NCBI GenBank assembly: GCA_964016885.1
Contig: OZ024741.1
Coordinates: 131,440,001 to 131,504,000, forward strand
Source: Eledone cirrhosa
Lineage: Eukaryota
Reading direction: 5' to 3'
DNA length: 64,000 bases
In this document: positions 53,590 to 64,000 of the stretch, one piece after another
Position numbering within the stretch: position 1 is the stretch's first letter
Layout of the letters: every line of letters begins with the position of its first letter
The notes under the pieces: model-generated
What the model was told of the DNA's origin: nothing
Databases searched by the model: none
The model's input: the letters and a program-made list of their open reading frames with translations, nothing else
Translations under genes and position numbers: made by a program

Positions 53590-53963
53590 TAATAATAATA
53601 GCAATATTCGTCACAAGGGGGCACGAGGTTGGGGAAGAAGGATAACTACTTGTTTGTTGGCACAACAATAATTACAAAACTACAAAATAACAAATCAAAC
53701 AATTGCAATCTCCTTTGTTCTCTATAAGGGATCAGGGGTGATTGCAACACACAAAAGACGAATTTCAATAGATTGAAATACAATCTAAAGAAAACAACAA
53801 GAAAATACAATGGGTTGTGACGCACATCAGAAGTAATCCGATCCAATCCAGGGCCTTCTCACTTCTGGTGGAGGAACACCTCCCTAAATGAACTTCACCG
53901 CCTTCTGTTTGGTTTTGGTCCTGTCAGGAGTGTAACCATACTCACCACTTTTACACGCACGCA

Positions 53964-53998
<35 letters not shown>

Positions 53999-54089
53999 AT
54001 AATAATAATAATAAATTCGAAGAGTAAAATTCAAAGACGGCTCGATAAGGATAAATATGTATCAAATATATAAGAACCGTAGAGCAAAT

Positions 54090-54715
54090 ATTTATTAAAA
54101 TAACAGATTAAAGTTTAAGCAAAGAATCGCTGTTTTCACCCTTAACGGGATCTTCTGAAACTAAAAATGTCAATCTGTGAATGCAGAGTTAAGAATAAAG
54201 TAAATAAAATACAGAGGTAATTGAAATTAAATAATTTCAATTACCTCTGTATTTTATTTACTTTATTCTTAACTCTGAAGCCGAGAACCATTCCTAGTTA
54301 GAATTTTAGTCTACGACTTCAGTTATACCATTTACGTGGTTTTGTCTTTGCGTGCTATTGTTCTCCCCGCTCCACATAATGACGTATTATCTTCGTTTTT
54401 TCCGTTTATTGCCAGAGAACGTCTCCATGAACTACCTAATAGAATAATAGTCTACGACTTCATTTATACCATAAACGTGGTTTTGTTTTTGCGGGTAATT
54501 GTTCTTAGGGTTCCACATAACGACGTATTATCTTCGTTTTTTTTCCGTTATTCGCAGGGAACATTTCCACGAACCAAAGTATCGTCAACCTGTTGCAACG
54601 TTTTTTGAAATATTTACTTCTGCGTTCACAGATTGACTTTTTTAGTTTCAGAAGATCCCGTTAAGGGTGAAAGCAGCGATTCTTTGCTTAAACTTTAATC
54701 TGTTATTTTAATAAA
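54090..54715. mobile_element. Nested fold-back Penelope-type relic
   Basis: Outer IR about 54090-54187 / 54618-54715; inner palindrome 54184-54277; about 140-bp direct repeats in 54290-54560; degenerate HHR CAGAAGA-TCCC-GTTAA-GGGT-GAAA; related remnant at about 1400-1468. Confidence 0.7.
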
Positions 54716-54726
54716 TAAATAAATAA

Positions 54727-54826
<100 letters not shown>

Positions 54827-54915
54827 ATGTAAAAGGTAAAGAGAAATAACAACACAACAGGTACAGTGTATGGAAGGTATATATTAGGTTAACGCTTGAT
54901 ATAGCAGGAAGAGGG

Positions 54916-54951
54916 TCTTAACGTTTCGGACGCTAGTCCTTCATCAGAAGA
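54916..54951 (-). ncRNA. Canonical minimal type I hammerhead in a Penelope 3' region
   Basis: Reverse complement: TCTT-CTGATGA-A-GGAC-TAGC-GTCC-GAAAC-GTT-AAGA. Confidence 0.8.
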
Positions 54952-55414
54952 AAGAATGAGAAATAAAATAGATTGAGGGGATGGGCGGGAGGGAATTGGA
55001 AAAAATGTCTTTAGATAAAAATAACAGGCCATTCATGTTGACATCTCTTGCAAAACTGTTCGTGCTGGCGTTTTGTGTATGATTTTTTTTTTAGAAAAGT
55101 GGATGTTGGCGCGCGTCTACCTGAAATGGAAATAAAACTGTTTTGTAAAAAGAGCTATACTAGCGCACGTGTGTAAGCATGTGTGTGTGTGTGTGTGTGT
55201 TGTTATAGGTTCATACGAAACTAAGAAGAAATGTGTGTGTATATGTAAGTACGAATCTATGTAAGTACGAATGTGTGTGTGCATGTAAGTACGAATCTAT
55301 GAGCAACAGTATGTTAATATAAGGGTGTGTATCGGCATGTATTAGTTGTAAGAGAAGCTGCTAATGATCAAGAGAAAGCGATAGGAATCTAGGGGTGTGA
55401 TAATGGACGGGGTA

Positions 55415-56029
55415 TTAGAGATATTGGGGAGGTGAGTTGAGTCCAAGAGGGGAATAGGACGCAAGACGGTGAATCAGACTTTGTTGAGTCCTGGTGCGCG
55501 AGGCCTGTGATCCAAGATGTAAAAGGACACCCAGGACTGAAACATGTAGGGAAGAATAACCAGGAGAACAGAAATGACGGGCGACAGGAGTATCCAAACC
55601 GAGTCTCATGTCCCTCAAATGTTCAGCAAAGAGGTCCGCCATACGGCGTCCCGTTTGTCCGATACATAACGACCCGCAAAGTGAACACCGGAGGGCATAG
55701 ACAACGTGGGTGGATGTGCAGGTGAAGGAATGGCGGATACGGAGAGACCCGTTAGCGCCTGTAAGAGCGGTGAGGGTGGAAATAAAGGGACAAGTGTTGC
55801 AACGGGGACGGGAACAAGGATGAGAGCCGGGTGGAGTCGTGGGAGAGGACGAAAAAGAACTGTGAACCAGGAGGTCGCGGAGGTTGCGGGCGCGCTTAAA
55901 AGCAGTAATGGGTGGGTTTGGAAAAAAAGCGAGAAGTGACGGGGTGAGAAGAAAGGATATGGAAGGAACGGAGGATATGTCGCTGGGGTGGTAGGGTGAT
56001 GAGGTGGTAGGTGAGAGGGAAAGGAACAC
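55415..56029 (-). pseudogene. Penelope-like GIY-YIG endonuclease domain (5'-truncated element, about 54830-56100)
   Basis: FKRARNLRDLLV, CSRPRCNTC, FTCTSTHVVYALRCSLC..IGQTGR..EHLRD..PVARHF..PLGLN. Confidence 0.85.
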
Positions 56030-56110
56030 GGGTCAGGAGTGTTTGGTGTGGGTTGGATGGGAGGACGTGAAGTCGAGATAAGATTGGGAGATTGTTGGTT
56101 TGTAGCTTTA

Positions 56111-56175
<65 letters not shown>

Positions 56176-56384
56176 GGCGACCTACGTAGTAAATCGTATC
56201 ATCGTGAGCTCCGCAAAGGTTTGTTATTTCCGTTTGTTAAAAATTGCCATTTATGGAAAATGGTATTGTTAACTGTTTATAAGCACACATACATTGTTTT
56301 CCGAAAAGGACACCCAAAAAGGTTGGGGCCTTGTGCCCAAAATTTTAACTTTTATTATTATCAAAAAATTTCTTTGAAAAAAAA

Positions 56385-58060
56385 ATGGCTAATTCACCTC
56401 TGCACGAAGCAGCTGAAAGCCTTCCTCACAAAATAACACCTCACACCGACACCACCATTGTAAATGTTACTACGTTTGCCAACACAAAAAAAAATATAAG
56501 CAGTAGCAATATTTTAAATTTGTCTCAGGCAGACATTCATTTCCCGCCATTACCAATGACTGCAATTGTTAAAGCCTCCACCACCACCACCACCACGACA
56601 ACAGAAACAAAAGAAGAAAAAAATAAATTAACTCGTGATGTCGAAATGAAATCAAGCAAAATGGACTCTTCCCCACCAAAGACGACTGACGTCACCACCA
56701 GCACAACTGAAACTAAAATTAATATTAACACAAATAACGATAGCAACAACAACAACAATGACATTATAAAACCGACCCTCAGTTTCGCCAGAGTAGCAAA
56801 ACAGTTAGAAGCATTTACGGTAACTCAGGAGGATTTAGAAAATGCCAAACAAATGGTAAAGAAAGATGGGTACAGGGTCAGCCCCCCCCCCCCCCACCTA
56901 ATAAAATGGAGGATCGGCGCCTATGCACCGTGTCGTATAGAACAATAAATGTAAAATCGCGCCGAGTGGAACGAGCATCCGAGTCCCAAATCCAAAAAGC
57001 TTTGGGACATGTGTGGGCAAGAAAAACCCACATCAGACGTGGGCAAAAGCATGGAACCGTGGACGTGTTCTTTGAAACACCAGAGGAGGCTAGAGAACAC
57101 TCCATGGCCCCATTAAGAAGTGACGACTTCACACTCGTCTCAAGCTATTGTGGCCAGAGACTCGTAAAGATCAGGGTGACCCACGTTCCACCGGCCATCG
57201 AAATTCCCTGGCTAATAGCGGCTGTCCTCGCCGGCATCGAAGCCAACACGAAAATAATAGCAATAGCAAAAGAAAAGCAAGAGAACTGGTCCGGATCTGG
57301 GATGGAGCTCCTGATCCAAGCGGACCAAAAAAGCATTGAGGAGATCCCAGAGGTAATAGACCTCACTGATGGCAGCCACCTCACGGTAATTGTCGAGGGC
57401 AGAAGACCTAGGTGTGTCGTTTGTGGTGAAGGAACCCACCTAAGTGCTTTCTGCCCTCAGGCTAAAAGGTTGAGGCCACCTCTCCTACCCACCCCAGTGA
57501 CACAACCATCAACACCAACAGTAGCAGAGATGGCAGCAACAACTGTAGCAGCAACAACAGAAGCAACTATAACAGCAACAACCCCAGCAACAGTAGCAAA
57601 ACCAACACCACCATCACCACCAGCAAAACCAACACCACCACCACCCAACGCTTCAGAACTAGCACCAGCGCCTACACTATCCACCACGCCACAACAAAAA
57701 CTAACGGCTGTGGAGGATTTTACACTCCCCGGCCTATCACAACTGGAGACAGATTGTGACGACGAGGAGTGGGAAACGATATCCGGAAAACAACAAGCAA
57801 TTATTACACTACATCCAACACAACACCAGCATCACAGAAAAAGACTACACAACAACCCCAAAATTCACACCACCTCCACACATACAAATCACTCGCATCA
57901 CACAGAAAACGTACATGACACTAAAACAAAAATTCCCCAAAGACATCGGAGACTTCCGACAAGCACTCTCCAGGAGGATTTATATGGACATCCTTCCTGA
58001 GGAGGCCACAAGCAGTGAAAAGTATTGAAAAACCGTCCTTCCCCTACGAGAAGTAAGGTA
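56385..58060 (+). pseudogene. Tx1 ORF1 (gag-like, CX2CX4HX4C knuckle), broken at a poly-C tract and at the deletion
   Basis: ORFs 56385-56948, 56906-58000 (CVVCGEGTHLSAFC) and 57756-58028. Confidence 0.8.
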
Positions 58061-58095
58061 AGTGGTCTTTCCCATCTTTTCCACTCCTTTTCAAC

Positions 58096-61000
58096 ATGAC
58101 CTCACTCAGAATAGGCAGCATAAATGCACGTGGCTTGGGATCGTCATGGAAGCAGGGCCACCTGCTCAACGACCTCAGGTCACTAAACATAGATGTAGTG
58201 GCCATCAGCGAGACCAGAATCTCACAAGCACAGGCTTTCGCACCAATCTTCGGCGGCTACGATGTGTACGCATCTCCCAGCCGTCCGGGATCGGGGGAAG
58301 GAGTTGCTGTGCTTTTTCGGAGAGGTTTGGATCTTGCCATACGGGCCATCTTCCTGGACCCAGAAGGTAAGTTGGTGGTGCTGGACGTGACCAGCGGAGA
58401 CGGGCAAGCTTTCAGTTTAGTGGCCGTCTATGCCCCGACAGGAGCAGGGCGGCCTGATTTCTTCCGGCGTCTGGAGACCTTTCTTGGAACGTCCCGCTCT
58501 TTAGTGTTAGTGGGCGACTGGAACGGGATCTTAGATGCACGCTGGGATTGTGTGGGATTAGTGGATAGGGAAGGAGGGTGCAAGAGTCTCACCAACCTGC
58601 TCAGACGTTTTGAACTGTCTGACAGGTACCGAATGGATTTCCCGAATGTACCAATGTGGACTTGGACAAATCGCATAGGGTCATCCAGATCATATCTAGA
58701 TAGAGTATTTTGTAAGGAAATAGATAGGTCTAGCATAGGCTGTCCACAATTCAAGATAGTCAGCTACACGGACCACAAATTCGTGATCTGTGTGCTTGAC
58801 TTAGATAGGCTTCAAAGACGATGACCCGGCTATTGGAAGCTAAACGCGTCCTTACCAGCGCGCAAGGCCTACAGAGACCGTATTAGCGAACTAGTTAAGC
58901 GGGCGTTGACGGGGGCCATCGTCAACAACAAGTGGTGGTTTGCTCTGAAAAGAGCAATTAGAATAGAGTCCATTAGGTTTAGTAAGACTTTAGCAATAGA
59001 GAAAAATAGAGCAGAGGGAGAATTAGTTAGAAAATTAGATGAGGCGCTTAGCAAAGGCATCGCGACCGACGTACTTGCGGCGAAATTGGCCCTTGACCAA
59101 TTCTTCAATGCAAAGCACGAAGGCTGCGTTGTCAGAGCTAGGGTGCGTGCTCTCAGACACGAGGGGACGAAAGCCGTTCAATGGGCCCGAGTGGCGGAGG
59201 CGCGTCGTGGCAACAAAGCCACGATCCGGTCTTTGGTGGACCACGACGGGCGCATGCTACTCGATCCCGGGCAAATGTGTGAAGCTTTTCAGTGACACTT
59301 CGCTCAACTGTTCGGGGGCAGTGGCGAGCCGGATCGAGGGATGGACTTTAGTGTCTACCTCGACGGACTGCCGCGGCTTTCGGCCACTGAGGCGGAGTGT
59401 TGCGAAAAGCCGATAACAACCGCTGAAGTACGGGATGCAGTGACTAGTTGCACAAGGGGTAAATCGCCTGGTTAGAATGGTATACCCTATGAACTTTACG
59501 TACAAATGCCAAACTTGTTCGGAGGCCTCTTGGCGGACGTCTACTGCAACTGGCAACAGAACGGGATAATTCCCAGCTCTGTGAGCCGAGGAGCGGTGGC
59601 GCTGCTGAGAAAGGATCCGAACAAGGGGGATAACATAGATAATTTTAGGCCCATAACTCTGCTAAACACAGAGTTCAAGATTTTGGCCAAGGTGCTAGCA
59701 AAGAGGTTGGCGCTTCTCGTTGGTGGTCTGGTGGGAGAGGCACAGACATGCGCCATTCCCGACAGATCCATCCACGACAACCTCCACCTCATGCGATACA
59801 TCGTAGAGAGGGTAGCTAGGGAACCTGGCACGGGTGGGTCTTTGATCAATTTAGATCAGTCGAAAGCCATCGATCGGGTCGACCATCGTTACCTAGCGGC
59901 AGTCCTGAGGGCGGCTGGCTTTGGGCCCGTCTTCAGAGGCTGGATCGCTGCCATGCACAGCGACATCTGCTCTGTAGTGAGAGTGAACGGTCACTTTTCG
60001 AAACCGTTCAACATCATGCGCTCGGTCCGCCATGGATGTCCCCTCTCGTCCCTATTGTACGTATTGACTCTCGAGCCATTACTGCACAAACTGGAGACGT
60101 TGAGGGGGGTCCAGCGCGAACTAGGATGCGGAAGATCCGTGTCAGCATATGCCGACGATGTCACCGTAGTGGTGTCGAACGCCAAACACATCGAGGCGAT
60201 CGGCACTACACTAAGAGAATACGAAGCGGTGACAGGAGCAATGATCAACCAGGAAAAGTCAATGGGCCTGCAGCTCGGCACCTGGAGAGGCAGGTCCATG
60301 CCGTCCAACAGCGTCGTCGGGCGCTGGACGGACGGACCGGTTAAATTGCTAGGGGTCTGGTTCGGTCCAGACCTCCAGACGGACAAAAACTGGGACGAGG
60401 TGACGAGCAGGGTGGCTTCTCTCACCCAGAAATGGGCCGAGAGGAAGCTATCCCTGAAAGGTCGAGCGGAGGTGGCGAATGCGTACATCACATCCGTCAT
60501 CTACTTCCGCCTGACCGTCGTACCTTGTCCTAAGCCCCGCCTGACTGCGCTGGAGCGTTTGCTCTTTCGCTTTTTGTGGAAGGGACGCGCTCCGATGGTC
60601 AGGCGGTCCATATGATGTCAACACCCGCTACGTGGAGGGCTGGGCATGCCCGGTCTGATGATGCGCAGACACTCGCTCAGGCTACGACATCTCCACCTCT
60701 TCCTCGACGGTGATCAGGTGTGGTCGCCGTTTGCTAGACACGGTTTTTCCCCAGCTCGTCTCCTTGGCGGAGCTGCAGTCCTGGGTCAAGCGATGACCGA
60801 GAGGGAGCGCTTGGAGACTGGAATATCTTCAGGCGCTCACAGCCCTCGACCAATCGGGCAATGTGATCGGTGGAAACTCTACCTTGGCGTTCTATAGGGG
60901 ATTAGTGGAGGGGAAGAGCGACGACGTACTTGGAGAAACTCTAGGCGTCGACGAAAATCAACTAGCCAATCTCTTCGGAAGGACTTTCGGGCCGGGGCCT

Positions 61001-61516
61001 ATGGACAACTTCCAGAAATCCCTGGCCTGGCAGTGCTACCGAGGAGCTTTGCCAGTTCGGGATAAACTCTACAGGCATGGAGGTGCCGTCAGCCGGGCAT
61101 GTCCGAGATGCGCGCAGGGCGACGAAACCGTCCTGCACGCATTCGTCCAGTGTCCGAGCATTGCTGACTTGTGGGTTTATGTCGAACACCTGCTGTCACG
61201 TGTAGGACGGATCCGGCTACCAGCTGAGTCCATCGTGAGGATTGCCCCGCCCCCTTCCTTTAGCCGGGAAGGGCAGGCAGTTTTTATCTGTCTGATGGCC
61301 ATGGCGAAAGAGATAGTATGGTGGACACGTTTGAAAGGGCTGAAGACGAGCACTTACCTCTTCGGTGATGCCCTGATTAACTTTTTCAAATTTCATTTGA
61401 AAAGGAAAATCAGGGTAGAGAGGGAAATGCTCTCTTCCCAGCATTTTGTTGAAAGATGGGTGAGAGAAGCAAGTATGGCCCGAATGAATGGGCCTTCTCT
61501 GAGTATGTGTCTGTAA
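58096..61516 (+). pseudogene. Tx1 ORF2: APE endonuclease, RT, zinc finger
   Basis: SINARGL, GDWN, YLDR, TDH; KSPG, GCPLS, YADD; CPRC..ETVLH..C; several TGA/TAG stops and one frameshift. Confidence 0.9.
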
Positions 61517-61948
61517 ATTAAGGGTGGAAAACTGGGAGAGGGCACTTGCCCTGGTGGTCAGGGTCACTGTGGTCTTTTAATGGGCTTTCTCCACAAATGT
61601 CCCTCGGAAGTCTCCCCCCTATTGGGGAATTTTTTTTTGTTATTTTATTTCATCCTCTGTTTTTTTACACGCAGAAATGCCCATTTGTACCGTCCTGTAT
61701 TGTCCTGTACTGTCCTTAATGTCTACTTTATGTAAACCCTTGTGGTTAATAAAGAAAACATTATTATTATTATTATTATTATTATTACATTCAAACTAAA
61801 GGATGGCATGAATGATACAGAATCAAACATGTCTTGTTTAAAAAAACAGCTCAAGATAGAATTCAGAGAATAAAATCGAGCGTTAATTGTTATAAAAAGT
61901 GAATGAAATATATCCATACACACATAAGTGTGCAATATACATACATAC

Positions 61949-62559
61949 ATGGTGGCTGCCAACTCGTTTTCGAGTACGGCCACTACTTTATATCCATGTA
62001 GGAGAACCCCTACCGATGCGCTGAACAAGTGCGACTTTTTAGTCCAGCCAGCGACTTGAAAACTTTGGTACAAACACTACACTTGTGACAATTATTGATA
62101 CATAGTGCTAGGCCCATGGTACCATGTGATGACAAGTGCAGAGAGATCTGCAGATATAAAGCAATGCCTGTGCCGTGAAGCTTTTATAGTGAGCAAAGGC
62201 ACTGCACAAAGCCAGTCCCACTCTCTTAACCAAGATGATATTTACCAAAAAGAAGAACAAGTCAACATCATTGGATACCATCAGGGTTGCAGGTGTTATA
62301 TCAGAGTTTACCTTCTCCTAGAATTCTGCCTTGACAAAGGCTAAGGGGTCATCTCTCCCGGTGATTTTGGATGGCCATTGACTCTTAAGAGCTCCTTTGC
62401 CCTTTGACAGGTTTTGTTTTTAGTCCTGCAGGATGTCCAAAGTCACCCTCCTCACCAAGAAACCTTGGTGGGGTTGCCAGTTTAGTCGCCAACGACCCGA
62501 CCATGGGACAGGTTGTACTGGGATACATGTTACCAGTAGCACCAAGTGGTGACCTGACA
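61949..62559 (-). mobile_element. Non-coding RTE-like retroelement embedded in (CATA)n
   Basis: (CATA)n on both sides; minus strand carries CTAGGAGAAGGTAAACTCTGA (RTE 5' UTR-like motif); second copy at 63163-63566. Confidence 0.55.
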
Positions 62560-63076
62560 CATACATACATACATACATACATACATACATACATACATAC
62601 ATGCATGCATCCATACATACATACATACAGAAAGAAAGAAAGAAAGAACACAACTAGTTAGGAAATTACAAGTACAATCCATTAATGGAAGAGTAAAAAT
62701 ATGTAAAACATTCCAAAAATGTTGCATCTAATAACTGCATATACACATACAAAGCATATACACATGCACACATACAACTCAAATCATACACATCCATACA
62801 TACAATAACATTCATATCTACACATGCAGACATGCAGACATAATCTACCTAGTTGATGTTGTGTAAATTCCAATGAGAGTCTTGTGAATATATTAGAAAC
62901 CGACTCTCTCTCTATTGGGAAAAAATTGGTGAAATTATAAAACCAGAAGAACATACATACATACATACATACATACATACATACATACATGATGGCTGCC
63001 CCCTCGTTATCGAGTATGGCCATTGCACGAGAAGAAAATAAAATAAAATAAAATAAAATAAAATAAAATAAAATAA

Positions 63077-63136
<60 letters not shown>

Positions 63137-63162
63137 AAAAAAAAAAATATATATATATATAT

Positions 63163-63566
63163 ATGGTAGCTGCCAACTCGTTTTCGAGTACGGCCACTAC
63201 TTCATATCCATGTAGGAGAACCCCTACCGATGCGCTGAACGAGTGTGACTTTTTAGTCCAGCCAGCGATTTGAAAACTCTGGTACAAACACTACACCTGT
63301 GACAATTATTGACACATAGTGCTGGGCCCATGGTACCATGTGACGACAAGTGCAGAGAGATCTCCAGATATAAAGCAATGCCTGTGCCGTGAAGCTTTCA
63401 TAGTGAGCATAGGCACTGCACAAAGCCAGTCCCACTCTCTTAACCAAGATGATATTTACCAAAAAGAAGGACAAGTCAACATCATTGGATACCATCAGGG
63501 TTGCAGGTATTATATCAGAGTTTTCCTTCTCCTAGAATTCTGCCTTGACAAAGGCTAAGGGGTCAT
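63163..63566 (-). mobile_element. 5'-truncated second copy of the (CATA)n-embedded element
   Basis: High identity to 61949-62352; ends in (CATA)n; related short tip at 62990-63030. Confidence 0.7.
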
Positions 63567-63605
63567 ACATACATACATACATACATACATACATACATAC
63601 ATACA

Positions 63606-63638
<33 letters not shown>

Positions 63639-64000
63639 TAGCACGTGTGTCTGAGTAGATTTACCAACATGTCCAGTCTAGCAGTTGCATATAACCTTCC
63701 GGGGATAATTATTAAAAGTAATTGCCGACACTACCTAATTTGATGCTTTCATGTTTATGTTGATCTATTCGCTCAGCCGCTAAAACAGAAACATTAAACA
63801 TTCTTTCAAACCTCCAAATTGAAGATAATAGCATGCAGTTCACAATTTCTATTTCTTCAGCATAACACGTCTCACAATGTTGATTGGTAGTTGGTAAATC
63901 GCGACATGAAAACAATCAATGCTTTTTACAATTGGTGCCGGCGGTTGATCTGCCTATTTTCTGGTCCAACATCTTTAACTCTAGATCTCCTCGTACAAGA

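Larger units (their letters stand above)
56175..61760 (+). mobile_element. L1/Tx1-clade retrotransposon, family 1, near full length
   Basis: Starts TGGCGACCTACG after (TTA)n and ends AATAAAGAAAAC(ATT)n; inverted paralogue of 35385-41232 with an about 300-bp deletion near 57790. Confidence 0.93.

Noticed and set aside
58822-60615. In-frame TGA codons in Tx1 ORF2 as selenocysteine
   Set aside because: The paralogous copy has GGA, CGA and TGC at these sites, and TAG and frameshifts also occur, so this is ordinary decay.

Overview
AT-rich, microsatellite-dense metazoan DNA (invertebrate; the repeat style suggests a cephalopod such as octopus, which is inference only). No host gene could be supported, and the window is almost entirely mobile DNA. 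(1) R4/Dong-like RLE non-LTR retrotransposons (RT, CCHC, PD-(D/E)xK; three subfamilies, about 9 pieces, two with long open frames), most ending in (TAA)n. (2) L1/Tx1-clade retrotransposons (ORF1 with zinc knuckle; ORF2 APE-RT-zf) in the same TAA/TTA tracts but in opposite polarity. (3) Penelope-like (GIY-YIG) remnants and many short fold-back palindromes next to (TA)n that carry type I hammerhead ribozyme (HHR) motifs, including U3-A8 core variants and very long helix II inserts. (4) A complete but degenerate Tc1/mariner, two tRNA-derived SINE families, a MITE, a mini-Helitron, and a (CATA)n-embedded non-autonomous RTE-like element. Most notable: an in-frame TGA at an apparent conserved Cys in a Naiad-type Penelope endonuclease (possible selenocysteine); a fixed-architecture hairpin family carrying only half a hammerhead; and repeated direct head-to-head Tx1/Dong fusions suggesting heterologous twin priming. 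All coordinates and alignments were read by eye.
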